Positions 17,549-26,056 of a DNA stretch of 64,000 bases are shown here, piece after piece; within the stretch, counting starts at the first letter, position 1, and the number at the start of each line of letters is the position of its first letter. The position numbers and the translations under genes were made by a program. The stretch is from Candidatus Omnitrophota bacterium. GTDB taxonomy: Bacteria; Omnitrophota; Gorgyraeia; 2-01-FULL-45-10. The stretch lies in NCBI GenBank assembly GCA_030695905.1, contig JAUYOL010000015.1, positions 8,518-72,517 on the forward strand, read 5' to 3'. The notes below the pieces were generated by a model that saw nothing but the letters and a program-made list of their open reading frames with translations, was not told the origin of the DNA and did no database searches.

Positions 17549-18373
17549 TTGGATGTCAGGGTAGGACAATTTACATCTGAAGATAATTTAGGCCTATACT
17601 ATAATTACTGGCCGGTTCAGGATAATCGGGCCCCTGTCGCGGTATATCTTCACGGCCTGGAAAGCCATATGGGCTGGTTTTTTAATCTCGCCGAATCTTT
17701 GAATTCAAGAGGTATTAACGTATATGCTTTTGACAGGCGCGGCTCCGGTATTAACAAAGAAAGTTGTAAGAGCTTCTGTCCCAGATATATATTAAGCGAC
17801 GTAAAAACATTTCTGGACCTTGTGAAGCAGGACCATCCGGACAGCAAGATATTCCTGGTGGGCCTTTGCCTGGGCGGGAAGATAGCTGTAAGCTTCGCCT
17901 CTTTATATCAAAATTATGTCGATGGCCTGGTGCTGGTATCCCCGTCGCTTAAAAGTAAACTTAAATTTTCGCCTTTTGAAATATTGTCAATATTATTCAG
18001 GCCCAACAGCACGCTCAAAATACCCATCGAAGACAGGATGTTTACCTCAAACGAAAAATATCTTAAGCATATCAAAGTGGATCCTATGAGGCTTCACTAT
18101 ATTCCGGCGCAGCACCTTCTTGAGATCGCAAAGATGGACAGGTTTGTGAAGGCAGCTTTGCGCAATCTTCGGCTTCCCGTCCTTCTTATGCTGGCCGGTA
18201 TAGATGAAATAATAGATACTGGAAGCATAAAGAAGTGGTATGAAAAGCTGCCATCCCAAGATAAGACCATAAAGATATATGAGGACTTTTATCATCTATT
18301 GACCTTCGAGGAGAAGGCCGATGGGGTTATGGATGAAATTTCCGGATGGATATGGGGTAGGTCCAATGCCTGA
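17549..18373 (+). CDS. Lysophospholipase-like alpha/beta hydrolase with a Cys nucleophile elbow
   Basis: HGLESH, FDRRGSG, GLCLGG, AGIDEII, YHLLTFE. Confidence 0.82.
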   Translation: MDVRVGQFTSEDNLGLYYNYWPVQDNRAPVAVYLHGLESHMGWFFNLAESLNSRGINVYAFDRRGSGINKESCKSFCPRYILSDVKTFLDLVKQDHPDSKIFLVGLCLGGKIAVSFASLYQNYVDGLVLVSPSLKSKLKFSPFEILSILFRPNSTLKIPIEDRMFTSNEKYLKHIKVDPMRLHYIPAQHLLEIAKMDRFVKAALRNLRLPVLLMLAGIDEIIDTGSIKKWYEKLPSQDKTIKIYEDFYHLLTFEEKADGVMDEISGWIWGRSNA

Positions 18374-19484
18374 AATATCAAAAATAGAGATCTTCAAGAC
18401 AAACTTGCCTTTTAAGCATTCCTTCAAACATTCACTTAAATCAAGAAACGACAGCGAGAGTATATTTGTAAAAGTTATACTGGATAACGGCATAACCGGT
18501 TTCGGGGAGAGTCTGCCCAGAAGTTATGTTACGGGCAATACGCAGGATTCTGTATTTAAAAATTTAAGTGATTCCGCCGGAAAGCTTATAGGAACCAGGC
18601 TTGATGATAACATAGAATCCATTAATTTTATAAAGAGCCTTGAGGGGCTGGAGGGCGAAGCGCGCTGCGCGGTAGAAATAGCGCTGCTCGATTCTCTTGG
18701 AAAAATTTGCTCTAAGCCGGTATCGGCATTTTTGGCAGATGTGGTAAACACGAAATTTGTCTATAGCATGATAATTCCTACCGTATCGGCGTTTAAAACA
18801 GGCCTTATATGCTTATTTGCCAAGGTCCAGGGGTATGAATTTATAAAGGTGAAAGTAGGGGCGGATACAGATGTACAGAGGGTGAAGCTCTGCAGGAAGA
18901 TATTGCCGAAGGCGGATATAAGAATTGACGCCAATGGCGTGTGGGATTCAGCAAAGACCGCGCTTGGGATGATTCAAAGATTGCGCCCCTTTAAAATATC
19001 GTGCATAGAGCAGCCTACGCCAAAAGACGATCTTGAAGCGATGCAGGAAGTGGCGGATTTTTGCGCCGAGCCGGTAATGGCGGATGAGTCTCTATGTACC
19101 AGGCAGGATGCCTTGAAGCTTGCCCAATCCAGAGTTTGCGATATGTTCAATGTGAGGCTCTCGAAATGCGGAGGAATATTCAGGTCATTGGATATTATGG
19201 ATATAGCCCGCAACCACGAGATGTCTTGTCAGATAGGCTGTCTTGTAGGCGAATCCGGCATTTTGTCGGCAGCCGGAAGGCACATCGCAAGTGTTGCCAA
19301 AAATATCGTTTATTTTGAGGGTTCCTATTCGAGATTTTTGCTTAAAGAAGATATTGTGGAAGAAGATTTGACACCTGCCAGGAGCGTCGGATATACTCTA
19401 AAAGGGGCCGGGTTGGGTGTGACTGTGAAAGAAGATATCTTGAGGAAGTATTCAAAAGAAAGCCTTTTGATAGGCCAGAAATGA
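18366..19484 (+). CDS. Enolase superfamily protein, MLE subgroup (dipeptide epimerase/cycloisomerase/OSBS-like)
   Basis: GFGE, KVK, RIDANG, IEQP, ADES, NVRLSKCGG; start taken at ATG 18366. Confidence 0.85.
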   Translation: MPEISKIEIFKTNLPFKHSFKHSLKSRNDSESIFVKVILDNGITGFGESLPRSYVTGNTQDSVFKNLSDSAGKLIGTRLDDNIESINFIKSLEGLEGEARCAVEIALLDSLGKICSKPVSAFLADVVNTKFVYSMIIPTVSAFKTGLICLFAKVQGYEFIKVKVGADTDVQRVKLCRKILPKADIRIDANGVWDSAKTALGMIQRLRPFKISCIEQPTPKDDLEAMQEVADFCAEPVMADESLCTRQDALKLAQSRVCDMFNVRLSKCGGIFRSLDIMDIARNHEMSCQIGCLVGESGILSAAGRHIASVAKNIVYFEGSYSRFLLKEDIVEEDLTPARSVGYTLKGAGLGVTVKEDILRKYSKESLLIGQK

Positions 19485-21139
19485 ATGCGCTAAGCCTTCT
19501 TGTAAAGATGCGTGCTTTTGCGGCGGATAAATTCGATAAAAAGACGAAAAACCCGCTATCCGCGCAGAAGGAGTTTTTGCTAAATATGCTGTATAGCAAC
19601 AGAGATACGGTTTTTGGCAAAGAACATAAGTTTTCCGAAATTAAAACCATAGACGATTTCCAAAAGAATGTTCCCGTCCGCAATTATGAGGGCTTAAGGC
19701 CGTACATAAAGAAGATGATGGAGGGCTCTGACGGCATTCTTGTAAAGGATAAGGTAATATTTTACGGCATCACCTCCGGCACCACCAGTATCCCTAAATT
19801 TATCCCTGTCACGAAAAAATCCCGCAGACAAAAATCCGCGGTTATGAATTTATGGCTTTATCACTTGCTTAAGAAACATCCCGAAGCGCTTGACGGTAAA
19901 TCATTTATTGTCTCAAGCCCCGCGGTGGAAGGCTACGCCGAATCGGGCGTGCCGTATGGCTCCGAATCCGGGGACGCTTACAGGCACATGCCGTCTTTTA
20001 TCAGCAAGCATTATGCGCTTCCCTACGAGGTTTTCTGCATTAAGGACTATGAAGCGCGATACTATACGATGTTAAGGATAGGCATAGAGGCGGACGTTAC
20101 AAATGTAGGCACTATGAATCCTCTTACTATACTTGTCCTTTGCCAGAAGATAGAAAAATATGTCAAAGAAATTATCGAAGATATAAGAAATGGTACTCTA
20201 AATAGCGCGTTAAACATCGACACCGATATACGTAAAGCGCTGGAGAAAAAATTGAGGCCCAACATTTCAAGGGCCGCCCAATTAGAGAAGTTGTTTATTG
20301 AGAAGGGGGCCCTCGTTCCTAAGGACTTTTGGCCTAATATGGCCCTTATCGAATGCTGGACAGGCGGCACTGTAGGGTTGTACTTAAAAGAGGTGATAAA
20401 ATATTTTTCTGAAGATATAAGCGTGCGCGACTTCGGATTTTTGGCGACCGAAGCGCGTTGTTCCGTGCCTGTATCCGATAATGGCCCGAGCGGCATATTG
20501 ACCATAACATCCAATTTTTATGAGTTTATGCCCGAAGAGGATATCGAGAAGGAAAGCCCGCGGTATTTGACAGTCGAAAAATTGGAGAAGGGCAAAAGAT
20601 ACTACATTATATTTACGACGACAGGAGGGCTGTACCGCTATAATATAGACGATATAGTAAAAGTTATAGGATCTTACAATGCCACGCCTGTTATAGAATT
20701 TATACAGAAAGGCAAGAACGTCTCCTCCGCCACAGGCGAAAAACTGTACGAAAGCCAAATCATAAGCGCGATACACAAGGCGAAAGAGATTACCGGTGTC
20801 AATGTGGAATTCTTTTGCTGCTGCCTGGAATGCCAGATACCTCCTAAATATTCTTTTCTGATAGAGTTTACATCTGATCCCGGCCATTCACAGAAGAAGA
20901 ACTTTTTAAACGTTGTCGAAGACAACCTCGGCAAGATAAACATAGAGTACAAGTCGAAACGCCTTTCACAGCGGCTGGGTGACCCCAACCTGAAAGTTTT
21001 GGAAAAAGGTTCCTTTGAAAAGTTCAGAAGAGCGCGTTTGTCGGCATTGCAGCATGACAGCCAGTTTAAAGCAACTCACTTAAGATGCGACTTTAAGATC
21101 CCGCCGGAATTTAAAATCATCGAGGAAATAGCACTTTAA
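19481..21139 (+). CDS. GH3 family acyl-adenylate/amido synthetase (paralog 2)
   Basis: TSGTTSIPKFIP, FGFLATE, FYEFMP, GGLYRYNIDD, GEKLYE, QFK. Confidence 0.88.
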   Translation: MNALSLLVKMRAFAADKFDKKTKNPLSAQKEFLLNMLYSNRDTVFGKEHKFSEIKTIDDFQKNVPVRNYEGLRPYIKKMMEGSDGILVKDKVIFYGITSGTTSIPKFIPVTKKSRRQKSAVMNLWLYHLLKKHPEALDGKSFIVSSPAVEGYAESGVPYGSESGDAYRHMPSFISKHYALPYEVFCIKDYEARYYTMLRIGIEADVTNVGTMNPLTILVLCQKIEKYVKEIIEDIRNGTLNSALNIDTDIRKALEKKLRPNISRAAQLEKLFIEKGALVPKDFWPNMALIECWTGGTVGLYLKEVIKYFSEDISVRDFGFLATEARCSVPVSDNGPSGILTITSNFYEFMPEEDIEKESPRYLTVEKLEKGKRYYIIFTTTGGLYRYNIDDIVKVIGSYNATPVIEFIQKGKNVSSATGEKLYESQIISAIHKAKEITGVNVEFFCCCLECQIPPKYSFLIEFTSDPGHSQKKNFLNVVEDNLGKINIEYKSKRLSQRLGDPNLKVLEKGSFEKFRRARLSALQHDSQFKATHLRCDFKIPPEFKIIEEIAL

Positions 21140-22560
21140 TGGAAGATCATATAATTACGGATAAAGGTAAGCAGAATTGGCTTATAACTATCGTTTCTTT
21201 GACCGTATTTATGTTCACTCTGGATTACAGCATGCTGAACATATCGCTTCCTGTCATAGCCAATTTTTATGGGGCCAATATCGGTATTGTTTCCCGCCTG
21301 CCTCTTGCATATCTATTGGTAGTTACGAGCACGGTTTTACTATTCGGCAGGCTTGGCGATATCGCAAGCTTCAAAAAGATATTTGTCTGGGGCCTTGGGG
21401 TATTTATAGCGGGAACATTTATTTGCGGCCTCGCGCCTACATTAAATACACTTTTAGCATTTAGGATATTTCAGTGTCTCGGTGAAGCTATGTTCAGCCC
21501 TATGGGCATAGCCATCGTGACGACATTTCTTCCGGATAGCGCCAAGGGCAAAGCGCTCGGGTTAATGGCTACCGCCCAAGGTTTAGGTTTCTGTCTCGGG
21601 CCCATACTGGGTGGATTTATAAATGACCACATCGGCTGGCATAATATATTCTTTGTAAATATCCCCGTAGGAATATTGGCTCTTATGGCCGCGCTCAAAG
21701 TCATACCTTCCAATCAGCCTATGCCGGAATCGAAACGCGTAGATCTTCCCGGAGCGGTACTGATTTTTATTTCGTTATCAACTTTAATTTTCGCGCTGAA
21801 TTCTATCGCGAAATTGGGATTGAAAAATAATATCATAATATCGTGCTTTGTGGTTTCCGCGGCGGCAATGGGAATTTTTATAATGACTGAAAAGAGGACC
21901 TCAAGCCCTATACTCGATCTGTCGCTTTTTCGCAATCCGGACTTTACATTCGCCACAATTTCCGCGCTATGTACCGTATTCGTTTATATGGGGCTGATAT
22001 TTCTGCTGCCGTTTTATTTTAGCATGGTCAGGGGTATGGATATCGTGCACTCGGGACTTTTGCTTATGATACCGGCGATAATGGTGGTTATCTTTGCCCC
22101 TATAGCCGGCAAGATATCGGATATGATTGGTTCCAGGCTGATCTGCTCGGCCGGCATAGGCCTGACAACTTTGGCATTTTTGATATTTTCTATCCTTACG
22201 CCCAAGTCGCCTGTTATATGCGTGATTCCCTCGCTGATACTGGCCGGAGTCGCGATAGGATTTTTTCTCCCCGCGAATAATAAGCTTGTTATGGTCCATG
22301 CGCCTTCAGACAAACAGGGCATGGCATCGGCCGTGTATAAGATACTTAACAGCATAGGCGGCGTATTTGGCATAGCCATACTGCCGCTCGTCCTTATGAG
22401 CAAAATTTATAAGACAGCGGCCCTTGAACATGTGAATATAGCCGCGGCCAGACATTCACCCGAAATATTGATAGCCGGATTTAACGCGGCGTTCCAATTT
22501 GCCATGTTTGTATGCGTGGCGGGCCTGGCAGCAACGATTATGGCAAAGGACAAAAAATAA
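21139..22560 (+). CDS. MFS transporter, DHA2 (EmrB/QacA-like) efflux family
   Basis: LDYSMLNISLP, GRLGD, GPILGG, FFVNIPVG, PILDLSLF; about 14 TM; TAATG overlap with GH3. Confidence 0.9.
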   Translation: MEDHIITDKGKQNWLITIVSLTVFMFTLDYSMLNISLPVIANFYGANIGIVSRLPLAYLLVVTSTVLLFGRLGDIASFKKIFVWGLGVFIAGTFICGLAPTLNTLLAFRIFQCLGEAMFSPMGIAIVTTFLPDSAKGKALGLMATAQGLGFCLGPILGGFINDHIGWHNIFFVNIPVGILALMAALKVIPSNQPMPESKRVDLPGAVLIFISLSTLIFALNSIAKLGLKNNIIISCFVVSAAAMGIFIMTEKRTSSPILDLSLFRNPDFTFATISALCTVFVYMGLIFLLPFYFSMVRGMDIVHSGLLLMIPAIMVVIFAPIAGKISDMIGSRLICSAGIGLTTLAFLIFSILTPKSPVICVIPSLILAGVAIGFFLPANNKLVMVHAPSDKQGMASAVYKILNSIGGVFGIAILPLVLMSKIYKTAALEHVNIAAARHSPEILIAGFNAAFQFAMFVCVAGLAATIMAKDKK

Positions 22561-22561
22561 G

Positions 22562-22639
22562 TGGAGACGCTTTCCAAGTCAATCGGGAAGCTGCCCCCGC
22601 AATAAGACACTTTCCCGATGCGCTTGGAAAGCGTCTCCA
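22562..22639. repeat. Long nested inverted repeat (78-nt hairpin)
   Basis: TGGAGACGCTTTCCAAG (22562-22578) / CTTGGAAAGCGTCTCCA (22623-22639) perfect 17 bp; inner ATCGGGAA/TTCCCGAT 8 bp. Confidence 0.9.
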
Positions 22640-22646
22640 GGGTATT

Positions 22647-23882
22647 ATGAAAAGAAGCAGAGAAGATAATTTGCTGGAGCCAGCCGGCATGAAGGCCGGC
22701 CGGTTTTTTAAACTTTCAGCCGGCGACCTTATAAAATTGCCCCCGGGAAGCGATATATTTAAGCTTCCGTCCAGGGAGGCGGTAGTTTACGACCCCGTTA
22801 GCTTAAAGTTTGTATCCCAGAAAGGCCGTATAGCGATAGCGGCGTTCCTGCCTCCGGGATACACCGTCACGTATAACAGCGCATATAAGGAAATAGGCAA
22901 ACCCAGGAAGCTGCCCCTTTTCGCTTATGCCGCATGCGCGTTGCGTCACGGGGATATCTACACCGCCGCAGTAAGGGTGGATGTGTCGCCATGCCATGAT
23001 TCAAGATTTATGGATATGCGGCTTGTCGAAACCAACGCGCGCAAGTTTTTGAAGATCTTTCCTAAAAACAGCCTTATAAGGCATCTTAAAAATTGCGCTT
23101 TATGCTATGGCTGCCCTAACGCTAAAAATTTCTTCCTAAATAAATACGAGGCCCCGCTGCCGACATCTCCTTCGTGTAACGCTCAATGCGCCGGATGTAT
23201 ATCGTATCAACCGGACGGACAGATACGGCAGACCCAGCCCAGAATAAAATTTATTCCATCCCCGGAAGAGATTGCCCAGATAGCGTTATTTCATATAAAG
23301 AATACCAAAAATCCTATTGTAAGTTTTGGCCAGGGCTGCGAAGGAGAGCCGCTTCTTTGCGCCGGGATAATAGAGAAGGCGATAAAGCTGATAAGAAAGG
23401 CCACGTCAAAAGGCGTTATTAATATCAATACGAACGCGAGTTCTCCGGAGGCGGTTGCCAGGCTCTTTGACGCCGGCCTCGATTCTATTCGCGTTAGCCT
23501 TAATAGTGTCCGGCAGAAATTTTATACAAGTTACTATAATCCTATGGGGTATTCTTTTGGGGATGTCGCCAAATCCATAGATATAGCCAAGAAGAAAAAA
23601 GGTTTTGTTTCGATAAATTATCTTACGGTGCCCGGTTTTACCGATTCAAAAGACGAATTTACCGCGTTTAAAAAGTTTTTGGTAATATATGGTATCGACA
23701 TGATACAATGGCGCAATCTTAATTATGACCCATTGAGGTATTTCAAAGAGATGAATATAAAACCGAATGCGTCGGATATGCTTGGCATAAAAGAGATAAT
23801 AGATTTATTGAAGAAAGAATTTCCAAAGGTCAGAATGGGATATTTCAATACGTATGAAGGTGTTAATAGTAGACGGGTATAA
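22647..23882 (+). CDS. Radical SAM protein of unknown function
   Basis: CNAQCAGC (CX3CX2C), SFGQGCEGEP, NTN; extra CALCYGC motif; start taken at ATG 22647. Confidence 0.85.
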   Translation: MKRSREDNLLEPAGMKAGRFFKLSAGDLIKLPPGSDIFKLPSREAVVYDPVSLKFVSQKGRIAIAAFLPPGYTVTYNSAYKEIGKPRKLPLFAYAACALRHGDIYTAAVRVDVSPCHDSRFMDMRLVETNARKFLKIFPKNSLIRHLKNCALCYGCPNAKNFFLNKYEAPLPTSPSCNAQCAGCISYQPDGQIRQTQPRIKFIPSPEEIAQIALFHIKNTKNPIVSFGQGCEGEPLLCAGIIEKAIKLIRKATSKGVININTNASSPEAVARLFDAGLDSIRVSLNSVRQKFYTSYYNPMGYSFGDVAKSIDIAKKKKGFVSINYLTVPGFTDSKDEFTAFKKFLVIYGIDMIQWRNLNYDPLRYFKEMNIKPNASDMLGIKEIIDLLKKEFPKVRMGYFNTYEGVNSRRV

Positions 23883-24240
23883 CGCTATACACAAGATACC
23901 GGAAATAGACTCCATCATGGATGAGAGCCTTGACCAGGCGCGGAGCGCTATAACCGGATTAGCGAAAGAGTATCAGCGCAGGATAGGGGGTATTTCAGAG
24001 GTATTCGTCGTGTTTGACGGCCAAGATGAATACAGGGGGCTTTCTTTAAATAAGCCAAACCAGGTTTTTTCAAGAACTGGCCAGGGCGATAGAAAAGTGA
24101 TAAGGCTGGCCCAGGACAAATCGGACAAGTTTCATGTGGTAGTGGTTTCAGACGATAATCGCGTAGGAAACAGCTGCCGCGCAGCCGGAGCGACGGTGAT
24201 AACGGTAAAGAAGTTTTATGACGCTATTAAAAAATATTAA
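23854..24240 (+). CDS. NYN domain (YacP/Rae1-like) ribonuclease
   Basis: LIVDGYN, VVFDG, VVSDD. Confidence 0.8.
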   Translation: MKVLIVDGYNAIHKIPEIDSIMDESLDQARSAITGLAKEYQRRIGGISEVFVVFDGQDEYRGLSLNKPNQVFSRTGQGDRKVIRLAQDKSDKFHVVVVSDDNRVGNSCRAAGATVITVKKFYDAIKKY

Positions 24241-25450
24241 ACATACATTTAGGGCGCTTCGCTATAGAAACTACAGGCTATATTTTTCAGGCCAGACCAT
24301 ATCGCTTGTAGGTACATGGATGCAGCAGATGGCGATAAGCTGGCTCACATACCGTATAACAAATTCTGTTTTTATGTTGGGGCTTATAGGTTTTTTGGGC
24401 CAGATACCGACGCTTCTATTCACTCCTTTCGCCGGTGTATTCGCGGATAGATACAACAGGCATCGCATCCTTATGATAACCCAGGTATTGGAGATGGTTC
24501 AGGCGCTTATACTCGCGGCGCTTATAATGTCGGGGGTGATTTCTATATGGCATATAGTGATACTTACAATATTTTTAGGTATAGTAACGGCTTTTGACGC
24601 GCCCGCGCGCCATGCGTTTGTGGTGGAAATGGTTTCGACAAAAGAAGATCTAAGCAACGCCATCGCCTTAAACTCGCTGTCATTTAACGCGGCCCGTCTT
24701 ATAGGCCCGGCGATGGCCGGCATACTGGTCGCTATAGTGGGAGAGGGGATGTGCTTTTTCATAAACGGAGTAAGTTATATCGCGGTTATACTGGCTTTGT
24801 TCGGTATGCGTATTACTCCGAGGATGATACAAAAGGAGCATAAGCCGATAATGCATGGTTTCAAAGAAGGGATGCGTTATGTCCTGAATCATCCGACTAT
24901 AAAATCTATAATGCTTATAACGGCGCTGATAAGCCTTGTCGGCATGTCATATGTGGTATTGATGCCGGTATTTGCCAAAGATGTTCTGGGCGGCGGGCCG
25001 GGTACGCTGGGATATCTTATGGGAGTCTCAGGTTTGGGCGCGCTACTCGGTGCGCTATACCTTGCTTCAAGGAAGGATGTCAAGGGGCTTGGCAGAGTGG
25101 CCTTCTTTAACGCGAATTTATTCGGCATGGGCCTTATAGCCTTCTCATTTTCGCGCGTGCTTTGGCTCTCTATGGCAATTCTTGTATTTATAGGATTCGG
25201 GATGATGGCCCAGATGGCGTCTTATAATACGGTTTTGCAAACTATAGTGCATGATGATAAGCGCGGCAGGGTGATGAGCATATTTATGGCTGCTTTCATG
25301 GGCATGGTGCCGTTCGGCTATCTCATCGCCGGATCTTTAGCCAGTTTATTGGGAGCGCCGCGCTCACTTATGATATTTGGAATATTATCTGTCGCCGGTT
25401 CGCTTCTTCTCGTGCGCAAGGCGGATATGGCCAAGGAGGGGTTATGGTAA
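24218..25450 (+). CDS. MFS transporter (MFS_3-like)
   Basis: ALRYRNYRLYFSGQ, GVFADRYNR, FDAPARHA, NAIALNS...ARLIGPA. Confidence 0.9.
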   Translation: MTLLKNIKHTFRALRYRNYRLYFSGQTISLVGTWMQQMAISWLTYRITNSVFMLGLIGFLGQIPTLLFTPFAGVFADRYNRHRILMITQVLEMVQALILAALIMSGVISIWHIVILTIFLGIVTAFDAPARHAFVVEMVSTKEDLSNAIALNSLSFNAARLIGPAMAGILVAIVGEGMCFFINGVSYIAVILALFGMRITPRMIQKEHKPIMHGFKEGMRYVLNHPTIKSIMLITALISLVGMSYVVLMPVFAKDVLGGGPGTLGYLMGVSGLGALLGALYLASRKDVKGLGRVAFFNANLFGMGLIAFSFSRVLWLSMAILVFIGFGMMAQMASYNTVLQTIVHDDKRGRVMSIFMAAFMGMVPFGYLIAGSLASLLGAPRSLMIFGILSVAGSLLLVRKADMAKEGLW

Positions 25451-25983
25451 ATTTTCATTTTGTGGAATTTTTTGATATCCCGGTATTTAATTTTATTAAT
25501 CATAATTTAAGTAATCATTTTTTAAATTATGTAATGCCCATTATAAGCCGGATGGGAGGCGGTGAATTGTACTTTGCCTTAGGTGTCTTGTTGCTTTTTT
25601 CCAGAAAAAGGGAATTAAAAATTTTAGGCATTGCCTTATTGGCAGGTATTACGGTCTCATACTATATTGTCACCGTGCTTAAAGTATTCATAGCAAGGCC
25701 CAGGCCTTTTGTAGCTCTTGCCAATGTAATTTTTTTGGGGCCTACGGAAAGAGGCTATTCCTTTCCGTCTAACCACACGACGATGGCTTTTATGACGGTC
25801 TCGTTATTGGCGAGCCATTTTAAAAAATATATTTTGTTTTATTCCTTCGCCGCGCTTGTGGCATTTTCAAGAGTTTATATGGGTGTCCACTATCCTATAG
25901 ACGTCCTCTCCAGCGCCATTCTCGGATGTTTTATAGGGTGGCCGTTAGTTCGGATCAGTCGTTTACTCGAAACAAAAGTATAG
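25444..25983 (+). CDS. PAP2 family phosphatase (undecaprenyl-PP phosphatase-like)
   Basis: K...RPRP, SFPSNH, SRVYMGVHYPID. Confidence 0.9.
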   Translation: MVNFHFVEFFDIPVFNFINHNLSNHFLNYVMPIISRMGGGELYFALGVLLLFSRKRELKILGIALLAGITVSYYIVTVLKVFIARPRPFVALANVIFLGPTERGYSFPSNHTTMAFMTVSLLASHFKKYILFYSFAALVAFSRVYMGVHYPIDVLSSAILGCFIGWPLVRISRLLETKV

Positions 25984-26016
25984 TAAGAAAAATATAGGAG
26001 TTTTGGCATAATTCAC

Positions 26017-26044
26017 TTGTTCTCGCCAGTAATTCCGTTATAAT
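26017..26044 (+). promoter_or_regulatory. Sigma70-type promoter of ETF:QO
   Basis: TTGTTC-16 bp-TATAAT; palindrome ATAGGTACCTAT (26043-26054) overlaps the likely start site. Confidence 0.45.
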
Positions 26045-26056
26045 AGGTACCTATAT

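Noticed and set aside
14512-21139. Auxin conjugation or plant interaction inferred from the GH3 family name
   Set aside because: The family name does not define the substrate and nothing else in the window points to IAA metabolism
17549-21139. Reading hydrolase + enolase + GH3 as a cryptic MenH/MenC/MenE set serving menA
   Set aside because: Only a superfamily-level analogy; there is no menD, menF or menB, and an exporter in the operon argues for a secreted product
22562-22639. tRNA, SRP RNA or CRISPR repeat
   Set aside because: No cloverleaf or T-loop, no SRP GGAA/AGCAG core, and no second copy or spacer array in the window
22512-22646. N-terminal extension of the radical SAM ORF given in the ORF track
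   Set aside because: It overlaps the MFS gene and runs through the hairpin; ATG 22647 is more plausible
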